Shown here piece by piece: positions 61,506 through 64,000 of a DNA stretch of 64,000 nucleotides. Position 1 is the first letter of the stretch; every line of letters starts with the position of its first letter. A program made the translations under genes and the position numbers. Below the pieces are notes generated by a model. The model did not search any database and had not been told where the DNA came from. It was given only the letters and a program-made list of their open reading frames with translations. The stretch lies in the NCBI RefSeq assembly GCF_001194135.2, contig NC_068999.1, positions 45,975,811 to 46,039,810 on the forward strand, written 5' to 3'. Source of the DNA: Octopus bimaculoides. Lineage: Eukaryota.

Positions 61506-64000
61506 ATAGGGACGAAAGTTATCTAGTGCGCTAAAAACTGCAATTTCGTTGGATGTGTATGTTTTAATGACCGAACATAACTATTCTGGAAATAAATGTA
61601 TAGTAATTAAAAAAAAAAAAAATGGGATGGACTGTAATGGGTGGTTGCCTCATTCACTTACCCACTTTTTTCCCGTTATTTTTCGGTTTTGAGTTATTTC
61701 ACAGAAAACATTTTGTCAGATTTATGTTTAAGTTCTCTGACATTATAACTTTCCAAAAATATGCGTAACATAATTCAAAAAAATTGTTCGAAAATAAATC
61801 AAAGTGGAATATTCTCTTTTATTTTATTCATAAATTTCGCTGTTTAATACATAGACATGCAAAGAATTCCGGCTTTTTGGCACACTAAATAATTTCCGAC
61901 TCTATTCTTCAAGAACGCCTCTATCTATCTATCTATCTTATCTTATTTATCTCTGTTTGTGTATGTATGCATGTCTAATATGTGTGTATGTATTTGTGTA
62001 AATGTACAAATATAGATATACATCGCCAAGCACATAGGAGTATCTACTGTTGATGTGTGTGTGTGTGTAGAATTACATTTGTCAAATACATGTGTCTGCT
62101 GCATCATAGATGTCTGTAACAGTAACAAACCGAAAACAACGGTAGAATTTATTCCAACACACAGTTGCGGCATTTCTTAGATACGTTGCTTTCTCGTAGA
62201 GAAATGAAGACAGAAAAATAACAACAACAACAACAATAATAAAAGTCTTCGCTGCATAGTACAATACATTTACAATTCCTACAATACCCGTGTGTTAACC
62301 CCTAATACAAGTAAGCAACCCGGGGTCGGTTACCCGCCACTAGCTGACCAACCTAGTTGGTGATTATGAAAGCATGACTGCAGTAAATTGACGATGTGTG
62401 TGTGAGTCTGTGTGTGTGTGTTTCGTCTCTTAGCGAAATGTGTTTGTTTCTGTTCGTTGCAAAAAAAGCAGAGATGATGTCAGGAATGTTTGAACTGATG
62501 GTGGTGTGTGTGTGTGTGTCTATATTTACTTGGCTTAAAAACAATAATCTCCCCGCTAATTATGTTTATGTAACTGTAGAACGTGTGCAGCATGGCTTCT
62601 GTTCGAGCTACACGTGACGACGGAAAAAACTACCTCATTAGCTGGCTACAGTGCTACATCCCTGTTGTACATACGCTTACGTATGTGTGTGTGTGTGTGT
62701 GTATACATATACATACACGTACGCACACACCTATATATATATATACACACATATATACAAACATTAACGTACCCAAAGAATTAGTTGTAGGGTATGTGTC
62801 GTCAATGTTGAGCGTCTGCAAGGCAGCAAGCTGTCAGAGTCGTTAGCACGCCTGGCAAAATGCTTAGCGGCATTTTATGTCTATATATTCTGAGTTCAAA
62901 TTCCGCCGAGGTTGACTTTACCTGTCATCCTTTCGAGGGTGATAAAATAAGTACCTGTTTATCATTGAGGTCGATATAATCGACTTACTCCCTGCCCCAC
63001 GAAATTGCTGGCCTTGTGCCCCAAAATATTTGGAACCTACGTTTGAATATCTGTACGTTTTATCTAACTATTTATCTGTCTGTCTATTTTTTCTGTTTGT
63101 CTGTCTACAGCAAGGGTCGCCTAAGGGGGTCCGAGTGACCCCTTAGGTGTCGGCGAGGAATTACAGGGGGTTTTTGATAGCCATGGGGTCGGTGTGTGAA
63201 AGACCAACTCACCCAGATGAACTGCTTAAAATACTTAGTCAGCACCATGCCGATCCCTCCTTCCCTTGCTGCCCTAAGCTCATGCTTATTTTGCTTAATG
63301 GTTAATCCAGCGCTGCTGAGTCCAAGAAGGTGAATAAGTGAGTGTAGGCACAGAGGATCGGGAAGTGTGAGTGAGTAAATTTGCAAGAGTATGGAAGGGG
63401 AGTGACAAGTGGTTAAAGATGATAAAGTGGCTAATGCAGTGAATGATGAACAAGGATGGACACATGGTCAGTTTGGGGAAAGGGGGCAGTAAAACAAATA
63501 GTAGGGGTCAGAGAGGAAGAGGTTATAAGTGGCTGTACAAAAAACATGGAGTGGGCAGAGAGCAGCATTATAACAGAACCATAAATATATGAGAAATAAG
63601 GGATGCACAGTGGCAGAGATGGAGGTTAGAGGTATGTAGGGATGGATATGATAAATTATCTTCTCCCCCTCTCTCTCTTTTTATATATTTATAAACACAC
63701 TGCTTTTGATACCAACCCACCTAAAACTGTTCTCTGGTTCTACGTCAGAAATATTCTGTTTTGAAAAGATCTGAATTAAAACCTTCCATCAAAATTGCTT
63801 GTTAATTAACATTCCAAACACAAGTTTGATAATGACAGTTATTTCAATAAATTCTTCATTATTTTCAGAAAACAAAAGGCAGTGTGTTTCAACAGAAATA
63901 TGGCAACAAAATATATACATATGTATATAAATAGTGGGGTTGTGTTAATCGCACATGGAGAAATAATAGGAAAATGAAAAATAATAATAAGGCAGAATGC

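Overview
AT-rich eukaryotic (animal) genomic window with very dense microsatellites, retroposons and many N gaps. The repeat families look like those of an octopus/coleoid cephalopod, which is an inference from memory rather than a search. One intact protein-coding gene is supported: a minus-strand Na+/K+-ATPase beta subunit (ATP1B/nervana-like), with six coding exons join(complement 37067-37199, 15522-15662, 10093-10200, 4384-4565, 2729-2830, 596-832). These total 903 nt (300 aa plus stop), all introns are GT-AG with matching phases, and intron 1 is 21.4 kb. The rest is transposon-derived: two abundant tRNA-headed SINE families, RTE fragments and tails, Hero- and R4/Dong-type LINE relics, a Penelope-like fragment, an ORF1 zinc-knuckle relic, mariner/Tc1 relics, piggyBac-like and foldback MITEs, and a complete Helentron-type non-autonomous element. 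Nearly all long ORFs in the supplied track are microsatellite or N-gap artefacts. Best second-look items: (1) a two-copy element carrying both halves of the hammerhead ribozyme core in permuted order around a hairpin with compensatory base changes; (2) a tRNA-headed element with a Penelope-type minimal hammerhead and an inverted terminus; (3) a decayed copy of the terminal ATP1B exon in intron 4; (4) a ~320-bp inverted duplication in intron 3 that could form a long dsRNA for ADAR editing; (5) a cluster of palindromic bHLH/bZIP sites near 59 kb. No prokaryotic-type systems, CRISPR arrays, rRNA or genuine tRNA genes were found.
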